The notes: generated by a model not told the origin, from the sequence alone. Shown: positions 39,339 through 50,758, numbered from the stretch's first letter. The stretch: 64,000 nt of DNA from Candidatus Micrarchaeota archaeon (GCA_018819225.1 JAHJQN010000001.1:1-64000), one strand, 5' to 3'. Numbers and translations are program-made.

Positions 39339-40859
39339 CTAGGAAATCACCACGGATACGAGCGAGGAATTGTAGTAAACATGCAATGCGATGGATGCGG
39401 CGAGGAAAGGATACGGGTGCTTGAGCCATATTCCGATGGCGGTCAGCACGGTAAACAATACGTGCGCGAACAACGGAATCGAGCGCAAAAAGAACGCATC
39501 CACGTACGGTACAAACAGAAACGCCTCGCTTAATCCGTACCCGATTCCGATGAACGCTCCGAACAAGAGCGCGTTCTGGAGCGACTCGGGTTTCAGCATG
39601 CGCACGCCAATAAACTTCAGAATTTCTTCAATGGAAATAAGGAAGATGAGAATCATTAACAGTTTGGAATTCAAGAAAAAGAGGGTGCCAAGGACCATGA
39701 CTTGAACGGGAATGGATAAGGAAAACGCGACGAACCCCATTGCCAAAGCGGCCAACCATTTGTGTTTGAGGAGTTCGAGGACGCCTTCATACAATTGCAA
39801 GATCCCGGGATCGAGTGAGAACGCAAATTTCTCCGTGGAAAACGCGGATAAAGCGAGCAATAACGCGGTGAAGGTGATCACGAGGAATACGAGTACCGTG
39901 GGAATCGGGAACGCGGTCGCCAGGCCCGTGGTCTGGTAACTGATGTAGGTAACGGGTGACAACTCCGCAAAACGGGAGACGAGAGGGGACACGCGCAAGA
40001 GCGTGAGCACCGCTATGCCGGAAAACACCATAGTGGAACTAATGCTGGAGGCAAGGGTCGCGTTTTTCGCGTTGGAGCTCAGCGTGGAAACCAATGCGTT
40101 GAGCGATAGGATGAGCAATGAAACGAGGACGAGCATGAACCAGACCCCCAAAACATCGGTAAAGAAGATGCCGACGAGTCCCACCAGAAACAGCCAGATC
40201 AGCGTGGCGAGTCCCACGAACAACAGGTTGGCTAAAATCTTGGAGAAAAAGATTTTTTTCCGGTCGATCGGAACGGCAAACAAGACCTCGTACATGTGGT
40301 TCTCGCGATCGTACGATAGACTTTGAATGATGGGCAGGCACAACAGGAGGATGGGAGTCAGTAAAATGAAGGGGGCAAGAAGCCCTCGAACAAAGGGTTC
40401 GACCGACGTTCCTTGAATGACTTCCAGTCCCGCGCGCTGCTCGCGTCGCACGACGTTATCCAACGCGTCGCGCACTTGCGACTCGGCGAAATCCGCAAAC
40501 GGGGTTCCGTCGCCGACGAAAAGCCCGCTGGAATCCGTGACGATGAAGATGCCGGCGACCACGCGCTGGGTCAGTAATTCACGGGCATGCGCCTCATCCG
40601 TATGCATTAACGAAACAATCGTGTTCTGTTGAAGTTGGGTCACGAACTCGTTGGAATCGCCGACGACGGCGATGCGCACCAGCCGAACCGCAAAAGGTAA
40701 TGAAGGCATGGCAGAGCCTTCGGAAAACGATGCGGCTGATGAGGCGAGAAACGGCATGAGCAGTAATCCGACGAGCATGCCGAACGCGACCTTAACCAGA
40801 AAACCCTTGTCAGTAGCCGTCTGAAGAAATTCCCACTTGACGAGCGGCCAGTCAATCAC
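39339..40859 (-). CDS. ABC-2 permease fused to a PrsW-like intramembrane metalloprotease domain
   Basis: Permease core plus C-terminal EEILK, G...E, AH and LH..YN motifs. Confidence 0.75.
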   Translation of the reverse strand: MIDWPLVKWEFLQTATDKGFLVKVAFGMLVGLLLMPFLASSAASFSEGSAMPSLPFAVRLVRIAVVGDSNEFVTQLQQNTIVSLMHTDEAHARELLTQRVVAGIFIVTDSSGLFVGDGTPFADFAESQVRDALDNVVRREQRAGLEVIQGTSVEPFVRGLLAPFILLTPILLLCLPIIQSLSYDRENHMYEVLFAVPIDRKKIFFSKILANLLFVGLATLIWLFLVGLVGIFFTDVLGVWFMLVLVSLLILSLNALVSTLSSNAKNATLASSISSTMVFSGIAVLTLLRVSPLVSRFAELSPVTYISYQTTGLATAFPIPTVLVFLVITFTALLLALSAFSTEKFAFSLDPGILQLYEGVLELLKHKWLAALAMGFVAFSLSIPVQVMVLGTLFFLNSKLLMILIFLISIEEILKFIGVRMLKPESLQNALLFGAFIGIGYGLSEAFLFVPYVDAFFLRSIPLFAHVLFTVLTAIGIWLKHPYPFLAASIALHVYYNSSLVSVVIS

Positions 40860-40862
40860 GGC

Positions 40863-41768
40863 CTACCGCCTCTTGCGCGTCACGGAAATGAATACGTCAT
40901 CCAAACTCGGATCCACGTGGTGAACCGATACGATGGAGGCCCCGGTTTTGCGAGCGGCTCGATGCACGGAAGACAGGGTCGAGCTATCGTGATAAGGGAC
41001 GAGCACGGATCGCCCGGAGACGCGTCCGCTCAGCAAGGAAGCAAACCTCTTTTCTTCGGGTTTCGATTCCTCTTTCAGGACAACGGCGAGAATTCTTTTC
41101 TTGGCAATCTTGGCTTTGAGTTCCTCGGGGCGACCGATGGCCGCAATTTTTCCTTTGTGCAAAATGGCGAGTTGGTCGCACAAGAAATCGGCTTCATCCA
41201 TGTAATGCGTGCAAACGAGAATGGTTTTGCCTTCGCGTCCCATGGACAGAATTTTTTCTCGGAGTTCGCGGGCCGACGCGGGATCCAGACCCATGGTGGG
41301 TTCGTCCAAGAAGAGGACTTGGGGATCGTGCACGAGCGCCCGCGCAATGGAAATGCGTTGCTTCATGCCTTTGCTGTAATCGCCGATTTTGCGGTGCGCA
41401 TGTTCTTCGAGTCCCACGAACTCGAGGAGCGATCGCACCCGGCGCTCGGCACGGGGAACTCGGTACAAGTCGGAAAAGAATTCGAGAAAGGACTCGCCGG
41501 TCATGTAATCATAAACGCGCGGTTCTTCCGGAAGATACCCCAATAATTTTCGTACGGATTCCGCGTTCTCGCGAATGTCGAGCCCGTCCACAATCGCCGT
41601 TCCTTCGGTAGGGGATAGGATGGTGGCGAGCATGCGCACGATCGTGCTTTTTCCTGCGCCATTAGGGCCCGCGATCCCGAAAACTTGGCCGCTTTTCGCC
41701 TTGAAGCTCACGCCATCCACGGCCACAATGGATCCGAACCGTTTCACGAGTCCTTGCGCTTCCAGCAT
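40863..41768 (-). CDS. ABC transporter ATP-binding protein
   Basis: GPNGAGKS, YSKGM and LDEPT motifs. Confidence 0.93.
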   Translation of the reverse strand: MLEAQGLVKRFGSIVAVDGVSFKAKSGQVFGIAGPNGAGKSTIVRMLATILSPTEGTAIVDGLDIRENAESVRKLLGYLPEEPRVYDYMTGESFLEFFSDLYRVPRAERRVRSLLEFVGLEEHAHRKIGDYSKGMKQRISIARALVHDPQVLFLDEPTMGLDPASARELREKILSMGREGKTILVCTHYMDEADFLCDQLAILHKGKIAAIGRPEELKAKIAKKRILAVVLKEESKPEEKRFASLLSGRVSGRSVLVPYHDSSTLSSVHRAARKTGASIVSVHHVDPSLDDVFISVTRKRR

Positions 41769-41920
41769 AAGCGAATGTCTCCTCAAACGCATGCGGATAG
41801 GGCTGGAGAGCTTTAAACGATTGCGTTTAACTCGGCAACTGGGATGGATACCTTAAAAAAATAGTCCGCTCTGTAAATACCCATACGGATATGCAACGCG
41901 TTTAGAGGGGTTTAGGCCTT

Positions 41921-42781
41921 ATGGGAGCGAAAGCATTGACGAGGGATATCAAGCAACTGAAGCTCGTCGCGAATGCCGTTCGACAGAGCATTATTCGAAG
42001 CCTCGCCGAAGCCAAGAGCGGACATTCCGCCGGGTCGCTGGGGTTCGCCGACGTGTTCACCGCGTTGTATTTTGGAATTGCGAAACACGATCCTCGGAAT
42101 CCCGATTGGGCGGATCGCGACCGCATTGTTTTGTCGCACGGTCACGTCGTCCCCGTTCGATACGCGGCCATGGCCGAGGCCGGTTATTTTCCGAAAGAGG
42201 AATTGATGACGCTGCGAAAACTCAACACGCGGTTGCACGGGCACCCGCATAACGAAGCGCTTCCGGGACTCGAATCATCCGCCGGCCCGTTGGGGCAAGG
42301 GGTTTCCATTGCCGTGGGCATGGCATTAACCGCCAAACTCGACCAGAAAAATCATTTCGTTTATTTGCTGACGTCCGACGGGGAAAGCAATGAAGGTCAG
42401 GTGTGGGAGGCGTACATGTTCGCCGCAAAAAATAAGTTGGACCACTTGATCGCCATCCTGGACCGCAACTATATTCAAATCGATGGGAACACGGAGAACG
42501 TGATGCCGTTGGAACCGTTGGCCGAAAAGTTCAGGGCATTCAACATGCATGTGTTGGAAATGGACGGGAACGACATGAAACAAGTGATGGACGCCCTCGA
42601 GAAAGCCCGGAAATTGAAAGGAAAGCCGACCATGATCATCGCGAACACGATTCCCGGGAAAGGGGTATCGTTCATGGAAAAGAATTACTTGTGGCACGGG
42701 AAGGCGCCGAATCCCGAGGAAGCGGAAAAAGCGCTCGCGGAATTGAATGCGGAAAAAACGCGTTTGGAAAACGAGGGATGA
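41921..42781 (+). CDS. Transketolase N-terminal subunit
   Basis: SGHSAGS, DRIVLS.GH, GPLGQG and DGES.EG motifs. Confidence 0.94.
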   Translation: MGAKALTRDIKQLKLVANAVRQSIIRSLAEAKSGHSAGSLGFADVFTALYFGIAKHDPRNPDWADRDRIVLSHGHVVPVRYAAMAEAGYFPKEELMTLRKLNTRLHGHPHNEALPGLESSAGPLGQGVSIAVGMALTAKLDQKNHFVYLLTSDGESNEGQVWEAYMFAAKNKLDHLIAILDRNYIQIDGNTENVMPLEPLAEKFRAFNMHVLEMDGNDMKQVMDALEKARKLKGKPTMIIANTIPGKGVSFMEKNYLWHGKAPNPEEAEKALAELNAEKTRLENEG

Positions 42782-43764
42782 CCATGGCCGTTCCATTAAA
42801 CGAAAACATGTGGGATCCGGACACGTTGGAGCGCAAGCCGTCGCGTGACGGATTTGGCAAGGGGCTCGTGGCGCTCGGAGAAAAGAATCCGGACGTATAC
42901 GTGTTATGCTGCGACTTGACGGACAGCACGCGGGCCTCGTGGTTCAAGGAAAAATTCCCGGAGCGTTTTATTCAGGTGGGCGTGGCCGAACAGAACATGG
43001 CGGGCATCGCGGCCGGAATGGCCCTCGAAGGAAAAATTCCGTTCATTGCGAGTTACGCCGTTTTTTCTCCGGGACGAAATTGGGATCAATTGCGCGTCAG
43101 CGTCTGTTATTCGAACGCGAACGTGAAAATTGCAGGGTGCCATGCGGGAATATCCGTTGGACCGGATGGCGCGACGCACCAGGCCTTGGAAGACATTGCC
43201 ATCGCGCGCGTGCTGCCCCGAATGACGGTTTTGGTGCCCAGCGATTGGCTGGAGGCCCAGAAGGCCACGATCGCGTGCGGAGAAATGAACGGACCGGCGT
43301 ACTTCCGGTTCGGGCGCGAGAATGTGAACACGATTACCGTGGAAGACACGCCGTTTCGGGTGGGAAAGGCGGAAACGTTTTACGACGGAAGCGACGTGAC
43401 GATTGTGGCGAACGGGCTGATGGTGTACGAATCGCTTATGGCCGCCAAACAATTGGAAAAAGAAAACATTTCCGCGCGCGTCATCAATCTGCATACCGTT
43501 AAGCCTATTGATCGCGAGGCGCTTGAAAAAGCGGCGAGGGAAACCGGCGGGATCGTGGTCGCGGAAGAGCATCAAGTGCAAGCAGGAACCGGAAGCGCGG
43601 TGGCGGAAGTGGTTTCGGAAACGTATCCCGTCCCCATGCGGTATGTGGGAATGCCGGATCGCTTTGGGGAAAGCGGTCAACCTAAAGAACTCCTTCAAAA
43701 ATTTGGTATGACGGCCTCCCAAATTGCCTTGAAAGCTACCGACGTGTTGAAATTGAAAAAATAG
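42778..43764 (+). CDS. Transketolase C-terminal subunit
   Basis: GVAEQNM and GPDGATHQ motifs; ATGA overlap. Confidence 0.94.
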   Translation: MTMAVPLNENMWDPDTLERKPSRDGFGKGLVALGEKNPDVYVLCCDLTDSTRASWFKEKFPERFIQVGVAEQNMAGIAAGMALEGKIPFIASYAVFSPGRNWDQLRVSVCYSNANVKIAGCHAGISVGPDGATHQALEDIAIARVLPRMTVLVPSDWLEAQKATIACGEMNGPAYFRFGRENVNTITVEDTPFRVGKAETFYDGSDVTIVANGLMVYESLMAAKQLEKENISARVINLHTVKPIDREALEKAARETGGIVVAEEHQVQAGTGSAVAEVVSETYPVPMRYVGMPDRFGESGQPKELLQKFGMTASQIALKATDVLKLKK

Positions 43765-43774
43765 GTTTGAGGAG

Positions 43775-44767
43775 TTGTTCATGAAAACGCGCCCGAGTGT
43801 GTTCGTCACGCGACCCGTGCCGGGATCCGCACTGGATCGACTACGGAAAGAAGCGGATGTGGAAGTCCGCGAAGAAGATACCATCATTTCCAAGAATGAG
43901 TTATTGGAGGGCGTGAAAGGAAAAGACGCGTTGCTGTGCATCCTCACCGATCCCGTGGATCAGGACGTGATCGTTGCAGGCAACCAATTGAAAATCATTT
44001 CCAACTTCGGGGCTGGATTCGACAAAATCGACGTAGCGGCCGCCACCCGGCGCGGGATTCCGGTAACGAATACGCCGGGGGCGTTGACGGAAACCACGGC
44101 GGACATGACCATGGGGCTCATCATCGCGGCCGCACGACGTATCGTGGAAGGAGACAAGTACACGCGCGAATGCAAGTACGACGGATGGGGACCGTCGTTC
44201 TTTCTCGGAAACGAAGTGCATGGAAAAACGTTGGGAGTGATTGGCATGGGAAAAATCGGGACCGCGTTAAGCCGACGAGCGATCCACGGATTCCATATGA
44301 ACGTGCTTTACGACGATTATGGCGGGGAGCGCGAAAAAGCAAAAGAATGGGGAGCCCGATGCGTCTCCATGGAAACGTTACTGAAAGAATCGGATTTCAT
44401 TTCGCTGCATGTGCCGCTCACCCCTAAGACCAACAAACTGATCGACGAACGCGCGCTCAAGCACATGAAGCCGACGGCCGTACTCGTCAACACCTCGCGC
44501 GGGGACGTTATCGACCAACACGCACTGGCTCGCGCATTAAAAAACAAGGAGATTGGGGCCGCAGCGCTCGATGTATACGAGGATGAACCGCGTTGTCCCG
44601 TTGAACTGATCCCGTTATCCAACGTGATCTTGATTCCGCACACGGGAAGCGCTACCAAGGAAGCGCGATCCGCCATGTCGGATATGGCGGTGGACGCCCT
44701 CATCGACTTCTTCAACGGAAGAACACTTCAGAACCTCGTTAATCCGGATGCGTTGAAAAAAGGCTAG
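43775..44767 (+). CDS. D-2-hydroxyacid dehydrogenase (glyoxylate reductase/D-glycerate DH-like)
   Basis: GMGKIG, NTSRG, LDVYEDEP and PHTGS motifs. Confidence 0.92.
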   Translation: MFMKTRPSVFVTRPVPGSALDRLRKEADVEVREEDTIISKNELLEGVKGKDALLCILTDPVDQDVIVAGNQLKIISNFGAGFDKIDVAAATRRGIPVTNTPGALTETTADMTMGLIIAAARRIVEGDKYTRECKYDGWGPSFFLGNEVHGKTLGVIGMGKIGTALSRRAIHGFHMNVLYDDYGGEREKAKEWGARCVSMETLLKESDFISLHVPLTPKTNKLIDERALKHMKPTAVLVNTSRGDVIDQHALARALKNKEIGAAALDVYEDEPRCPVELIPLSNVILIPHTGSATKEARSAMSDMAVDALIDFFNGRTLQNLVNPDALKKG

Positions 44768-46152
44768 AGCATGGGTTTGGGTTCCGACTCTTTTTTCTCC
44801 GGAATCGAGATTTGCGCGGATTTTTCCGGCGGGACCTGCGTATTGAACTCTGGAAACACGACATCCGATGGATGAGAGGAAAAGGTTTCCATGTTCGGAG
44901 ACTGCTTTTCTTCCTCATGCTTTCGCTTGCGGATGACCAGAATCGCTATGAAGAGCAGTAGAACGAACAAGAAACCTAATGAAATCGCGAGATAGCTGCC
45001 GGCATTGGTTCCCCGGACTTTGGAAGCGAATTCTTTCGCGCGTTCGCGCGCAGCCTCTACTTTGGCCAATGCCTCGGCGTAACGGCCTTGGCGTTGCAAT
45101 GAAAACGATTCTTGCAGTAACCGATCCACTTCCGAAACGTTTTCACCTCCATCCAGCGCTTCATTCCTCAAATCCTCGATATCGGAAACGAATATGGTGG
45201 GGAGCGGTGTGGGAGTGACGGTGGCATTCGGTGTCGGAGTAATTGAAACCGTGGGTATGAGGGTCGGGGTCTGCAACGGAACGCAGACGTTATCAATGCA
45301 CGTGTAACCGATGTCGCAAGACGGATTGTTGTAGAAACAACCCGGCGGATACCCGGCCGAAACGCCAACGGAGAGCGTGAAGATATTGTTTTCCTCGTCT
45401 ATTTCATCGATGACGCCTCCGGGATACACTTGAACTTGGATGGTATGCGTTTCCGCTACGGCGAACGTGGTGATCGCGGAGCTGCCGAGCTCAACGAAAA
45501 CGGAATCATTGCTGGGAACCGGCGGGACGTGAACGGCGACGAACACGTGGGATATGTTCGGCCCATCGTTGCGCGCTTCGACCGTAATATTCCAATCATA
45601 GTCCCGCGTTCCCGTGTTGTTGACCGTCACATTATCCAAGGAAAACGAGTCGTAAAGGTAACAAGTACTTCGCGGAATGCCGGTTCGATCAAAGCAGTGA
45701 TAGCCGATGCGCGTGATCTCCAAGTCCGGTAGATCAATGGATTGTGACGTGACCCCGAGTAGAGCCGTCGTCGTATTTTCGTAAGGAGTGCCTTCAAAGC
45801 TCTGACCCGCCACGCGAATGGACAGCGTATAATTTCCCGTGGTCGCATTCGGTAGGGTGGAAAACTTGAGCGTGAAATTGCGCGACTCGTTTTGAGCGGG
45901 AACCGTGACGTTCGTCGCATTCTTGATGGGGTCAAAACGCTTGACTTGCGGGGGCACGTCCGTGAGGATGGTAAACGTGCGCGGACACCAGACCCACGGA
46001 TTAATGTTCGTAATGGTCAGGATATAGGATTGCAATGAACCGGCAATGCCTTCCGAAAAATCCGGCGTCACTTGCAGGTGAGGCGGAAGCTCGCAGACCT
46101 CCGCGTGAACGAACGGAAAGAGAAAGAAAAGCACTAGGAGTGCGCGCTTCAT
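44764..46152 (-). CDS. Surface glycoprotein with Ig/CARDB-like domains and C-terminal TM
   Basis: Signal peptide; LPDLEI...IDEIDEENN; PT linker; TM followed by RKRK. Confidence 0.75.
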   Translation of the reverse strand: MKRALLVLFFLFPFVHAEVCELPPHLQVTPDFSEGIAGSLQSYILTITNINPWVWCPRTFTILTDVPPQVKRFDPIKNATNVTVPAQNESRNFTLKFSTLPNATTGNYTLSIRVAGQSFEGTPYENTTTALLGVTSQSIDLPDLEITRIGYHCFDRTGIPRSTCYLYDSFSLDNVTVNNTGTRDYDWNITVEARNDGPNISHVFVAVHVPPVPSNDSVFVELGSSAITTFAVAETHTIQVQVYPGGVIDEIDEENNIFTLSVGVSAGYPPGCFYNNPSCDIGYTCIDNVCVPLQTPTLIPTVSITPTPNATVTPTPLPTIFVSDIEDLRNEALDGGENVSEVDRLLQESFSLQRQGRYAEALAKVEAARERAKEFASKVRGTNAGSYLAISLGFLFVLLLFIAILVIRKRKHEEEKQSPNMETFSSHPSDVVFPEFNTQVPPEKSAQISIPEKKESEPKPML

Positions 46153-46291
46153 ACAAAACGCTAACCCGAGGTAAAATAAAAACCCGTCGGACCGAATATT
46201 CGATACGCTTATAAACGAGAACATGATGCTTTTTGGGATGAACGTTGGCATTCATTCGTTGAATTCCTTTTTGATCTAGAGGTGTGCATAT

Positions 46292-49200
46292 ATGCGTTGG
46301 TCCCAACCCCTGGTTCTTGCAATGATCTTGATGACCGCGTGGACGTCCGCGGACAGTAATTTCTTGAATGCGTGGGCGCCTCCGTTTGGTCCCGCTTCTT
46401 CCGCTATTTACGTGATGGCGGGGGTCATGAACGCCAGCAATGAAAGCCAATACCTCCCGAACTTCAATGTCACGGCATCGTTGGACGGATACAATAATAC
46501 GAATACGACGAATGGCACGGAACCGCTGGTGCTCAACCTCACCATCAACGCGAGCCTGAACGGCCAACAATACATTACGGTCTCGGACAATTCCAGCGAC
46601 CCGCAAACCAAGCTCTTGCCGTTCTTTGTAACCAACGTAGCGAATGTGACGTTCACGTTTACGAAAACCTTACCGCCATTTTCAGCGGGTAGTTCATTCG
46701 TCATTAACCTAACACTCAACCACACCAACGGATCCCTTTATGTAAATACGAGTGTGGAGAACGTGTCCGTGGAAATATTTGCCGCGAACGGAAACGAGAC
46801 CACGGGTTGGACCATATCCAATTTAAGTGCTTCGACGGATGGAACGGGAACCATCCGGTACAATATCACGATTCCCTCGACGGCAGACGGCCAATACGTG
46901 TTATTGGTGGACAAGGGCGCCGGATACCTCGTATTCCTCGTGAGCTCCGGTTACACGATGGCAGTGAGCACGCAGGATTCCAATGGGGAAACGAAAGTAT
47001 TGTTTGCTCCCGGTGAGGCTGCTTCGGTTCTCGCAAAAATCCGGGATAGCAGCAATAATCCGGTGACGGGCGCTACAGCAACCGCATACATCACGCTTCC
47101 AAATACGACCATCGTGACACTGAGCCTAAGCCAACCGAACACGACGGCATTCCCCGGGTTCTATAACGCGAGCTATACGACACCAACAACTTTCGCGGGT
47201 TTGTTCAGCGTGCGTGTGAAAGTCACCGTGGGTACGCAAAATCTCGAGGGATTCGCGCAATTCTTTACAAAAGTGTTTGTAGCGTCTTTCCAGGAAGAAA
47301 CGGATTTCTTCGATGATTGGGGAGGTTTCCGCGCGATCGTACCCGGAGGAACCGTGGCATTCGATTTGGTGGCCACGAACCTCACGGATGGAAGCATTAT
47401 AGAAGGATGGCACGGGGCGAACAGCAACACGAGCGTCAATTGCACGCAACTCGGAAATATTACGATTTTCTGGGCGCAGAACAACACGAATTATACAACG
47501 ACAACGGATAGTACGTACACGAATTCAACGTACCAATCGGTCCCCGTATGTCGGGTTTCATTCACCGCGCCTTCTCTTTCGGGACAGTGGCTCGCAAGAG
47601 TCAATGTGACCATTGGCAACTCGAGCGACAATGCGACCGGATTGTTCCTCACGCAGAACTATTTCCTCAAGGTCAAGCCCACGCAAACATTCGGAGGGGA
47701 TGAATTCTTCCAGATCTTCTCACCGGGAAGCAACGTGACGTTTGAGATCAGTAGTTATGATTTGTCGGGCGACACGACGGTCAACGGAAGCAACATCACG
47801 CAACTCGCGGTTCAACGCGTTCGCGCACTCGCATTTGGGAACGGGGGAACCGATGAGGAAAACGTTTCGTATTGGGTGAGTTATTGGGGGACTACCGGCG
47901 GTAGTCCGGAACTCATTGTCACGCTTCCAGTGAATACGACGGGGCCCATTCTCGTTGAAGTTTCCGCTAACATTACGGTGAATGGAGAAACCGGAGAAGT
48001 CATCCTGGGCAACAGCATGGTGCTCGCGAAATATATTGATGGATTCATTGAACCGACGCAAGATTTCGGAGGCGGTGACGGTCCGCAAGGTCCTCCCGCG
48101 TCTACGTGTAGTGGAGTAGAGGCATTCGCTGGAACCGTTCGAGATATCAAAACCAATCAGAATGCGCAAGGGGTTATTTTGAATGGAGTCAAGGAACTTC
48201 GAGACGAGTTCACGGGACAGGATTTGACAGGATGCGTAACCGTTTCTTCTGCCACAAGCAATAACACGGGCTCGGGTCAAAACTTCGGCTTTAACGTAAC
48301 GTTTGCGGACAACGCTTCGTGCGCTTTCTCGGGCTTTTACTTCATGATATTGAATGTAACATACCAGGGGAACGTAGACTTCCTGCCTTCGGGTTTCGTG
48401 TGCAAGCAGATGGCTTCGCAAGTAACCATTTCGGTGAATGGGCAGCAGGCGTGGCAAGTGGCACCGGATGACAACCTCTCAGTCAACGTATCCAACATCA
48501 AGGTCTTGGAGACCGGAGAAACCGTTATGGACGGATCATTCAAGGTGTTGCGCCTCATGAACTTTGATCCGAACACGGGACCGAAATTCATTCAAGTAGC
48601 CGACGGAGTGGATACGAATACCACGATTTCAAGCGGAAGCGGGGTATACAACTTAACTCCGGGTAATTTCTCAATCGGGGGCGTGAACCTAACCAAATGG
48701 CCTTCGGGATTCGTGGAATTGCATATCCAAATATGTAATACGACGGGAGACGTTTGCGACGCGGAATTCAATGGATTCGAGGTCGTGGCGTTCAACGCGT
48801 ACATCCCCATGGATGGACCGCCGGGTCAGTACTATCCGGGCCAGAACGCAACGCTGACCGTCATGGCGGCAACCAACGTTGCGCCCATCGGCAACGTTAC
48901 GGTTAAAGTCGGCCGGCCATGGGAAGGACAAGTCCAAACGGCAACCGTGAATTATCCGAACACGACGAACAACTCGGATGGATGGAACCAAACCGGGGAC
49001 ACGGGCTTCGAGAACTGGACCGTGAACTTCACGATTCCGGCTGGTTTACCGAAAGGATTCCAGGTAGCAATGATCATCGTGAACAGCTCGTACCATAATG
49101 ACACGGTGACGTTGTATTACCCGTTGCAGGTTACGAAATATCAAGTATTGATTCCCAGTCAAGAGGATGTCGAGGTTTGGAGAGACGAACTCAGCTGGCT

Positions 49201-50758
49201 GAACAGTACGGGAGTCGATAATACGGGTTACTTCAACATCTCGTGGTTGAACAGTAGTGATAGTGGGCTCATGGTGCAATCGAAGCAAGACAATTACTGC
49301 GTCAAATCGTGGTTGAATAGCACGCGATGGGGTTCTGGAGGACAAACGGAAATTGCATACAATAATTCGTGGAGTCTGTTAATGGTAGACAACTGGACTT
49401 CCGGCGTATATGACACCATTGTCGTGAACGCGAGCCTCGCTAACGGAACGTGGGGATTATTCAATTACACGAATGCCAGCAGCCGAACCATTGCCGGAAA
49501 CAATACGCTGCAATTATGGGACCCCAAGGACTGCGGATACTTCCGCATGCTCAGCACGGTCGCACCGCTCTCGAGTGGAAACAACTGGGGTGGCTCGCAG
49601 CAAGTAGGACAATCCTTCCTCATTCCGTACATCGTTTCGCAGGCGAGCATACCCATTACGGGCGCAACCATTGGAGTATCAGCGATCATCCTGCAAACGG
49701 ACATGGGCGGCTCGCAAGGAGGACAAGGCTTCGAACAACAATTAACGGAAGGAGTTAACTATACGGTCAACCAGCAAGGATCAACGGATGTAAATGGATT
49801 CGCCTGGCTGAACGTGACGATCAACTCCAGCGGCCCGATGATGCTTTTCTGGAATCTGACGGTCGGAAACGATACGGACCAAGCCTCGTTCGAAAGCGGA
49901 ACGTTCGTTGAAGTCCGCAACTTCGATGCGTATGGAAACCAGATATTCTGGATGCCTTCCCACACGGCAGAAATGATCAACGCCTCGAATGGATCTGTTT
50001 CATGCGGTGCGGGAACGGAGTGCTTGCTTGTCAACTACAGCGGCGCAACCTTGAACATCAGCTTCCAGAATAACAACGCGACGCATTGGTTCGCGGGAAT
50101 GATCAATGAGACGTCCGTAACGGACTTCCTCAACGACTCGAACCTGAGCACGTTCTTCTTCATCTGGAATCCGACTTCGAATCAATTCATCATCGATGAC
50201 GACTTCAATATGGTCCAGGGAACGGATACCGACAATTATTCGGTCACGTATGCTACCTTGAACCAGACGATCACCATCCAGAACCTCACCTCCATTCAAA
50301 TCAAGGCAGGCCGCTTTGCGGATGTCGATGGAACCCCAACGAATTCCACGAACTTCGCGTTCTATCAGAGCAGCCCGAGGCCATCGGATTCAGGAGTATT
50401 GAACTTCCAGCCCGCGAATAGTACGGCGCCCTTGTTCGGAGAAGTATGCGCTCAAGATTTCGGTAATCCGGCTTCGCCGATTGCGAACGCGAACGTATCC
50501 GTGTTCATGCAACAATGGACGATGAATGGAGCGACAACCACTAACTTGACGATCGTGGATCCGTTGAACGGAACGCAACTCAGTGGAGAGAGCACGCTCA
50601 AGACGAGTATAGCGGGGTGTATAGGCGTCAGCGTATTGGCACCGGGAAGCGGATGGCCTTCAGGACAAGGACAAGGTCCCGCAGAAGTGCGCGCTCGGAT
50701 CTACAACGGGACCAATACGGAGACCACTTGGGTCACTATGGTCCAGTACTTCGGTTGA
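46292..50758 (+). CDS. Large (1488 aa) secreted beta-rich glycoprotein, S-layer/adhesin-like
   Basis: Signal peptide; dozens of N-x-S/T sequons; Ig-like strand pattern. Confidence 0.8.
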   Translation: MRWSQPLVLAMILMTAWTSADSNFLNAWAPPFGPASSAIYVMAGVMNASNESQYLPNFNVTASLDGYNNTNTTNGTEPLVLNLTINASLNGQQYITVSDNSSDPQTKLLPFFVTNVANVTFTFTKTLPPFSAGSSFVINLTLNHTNGSLYVNTSVENVSVEIFAANGNETTGWTISNLSASTDGTGTIRYNITIPSTADGQYVLLVDKGAGYLVFLVSSGYTMAVSTQDSNGETKVLFAPGEAASVLAKIRDSSNNPVTGATATAYITLPNTTIVTLSLSQPNTTAFPGFYNASYTTPTTFAGLFSVRVKVTVGTQNLEGFAQFFTKVFVASFQEETDFFDDWGGFRAIVPGGTVAFDLVATNLTDGSIIEGWHGANSNTSVNCTQLGNITIFWAQNNTNYTTTTDSTYTNSTYQSVPVCRVSFTAPSLSGQWLARVNVTIGNSSDNATGLFLTQNYFLKVKPTQTFGGDEFFQIFSPGSNVTFEISSYDLSGDTTVNGSNITQLAVQRVRALAFGNGGTDEENVSYWVSYWGTTGGSPELIVTLPVNTTGPILVEVSANITVNGETGEVILGNSMVLAKYIDGFIEPTQDFGGGDGPQGPPASTCSGVEAFAGTVRDIKTNQNAQGVILNGVKELRDEFTGQDLTGCVTVSSATSNNTGSGQNFGFNVTFADNASCAFSGFYFMILNVTYQGNVDFLPSGFVCKQMASQVTISVNGQQAWQVAPDDNLSVNVSNIKVLETGETVMDGSFKVLRLMNFDPNTGPKFIQVADGVDTNTTISSGSGVYNLTPGNFSIGGVNLTKWPSGFVELHIQICNTTGDVCDAEFNGFEVVAFNAYIPMDGPPGQYYPGQNATLTVMAATNVAPIGNVTVKVGRPWEGQVQTATVNYPNTTNNSDGWNQTGDTGFENWTVNFTIPAGLPKGFQVAMIIVNSSYHNDTVTLYYPLQVTKYQVLIPSQEDVEVWRDELSWLNSTGVDNTGYFNISWLNSSDSGLMVQSKQDNYCVKSWLNSTRWGSGGQTEIAYNNSWSLLMVDNWTSGVYDTIVVNASLANGTWGLFNYTNASSRTIAGNNTLQLWDPKDCGYFRMLSTVAPLSSGNNWGGSQQVGQSFLIPYIVSQASIPITGATIGVSAIILQTDMGGSQGGQGFEQQLTEGVNYTVNQQGSTDVNGFAWLNVTINSSGPMMLFWNLTVGNDTDQASFESGTFVEVRNFDAYGNQIFWMPSHTAEMINASNGSVSCGAGTECLLVNYSGATLNISFQNNNATHWFAGMINETSVTDFLNDSNLSTFFFIWNPTSNQFIIDDDFNMVQGTDTDNYSVTYATLNQTITIQNLTSIQIKAGRFADVDGTPTNSTNFAFYQSSPRPSDSGVLNFQPANSTAPLFGEVCAQDFGNPASPIANANVSVFMQQWTMNGATTTNLTIVDPLNGTQLSGESTLKTSIAGCIGVSVLAPGSGWPSGQGQGPAEVRARIYNGTNTETTWVTMVQYFG

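Noticed and set aside
42904-43947. Long antisense ORFs (347 aa here, also 10900-11703, 28903-29649 and others)
   Set aside because: Shadows of well-conserved genes on the opposite strand, with no motifs.
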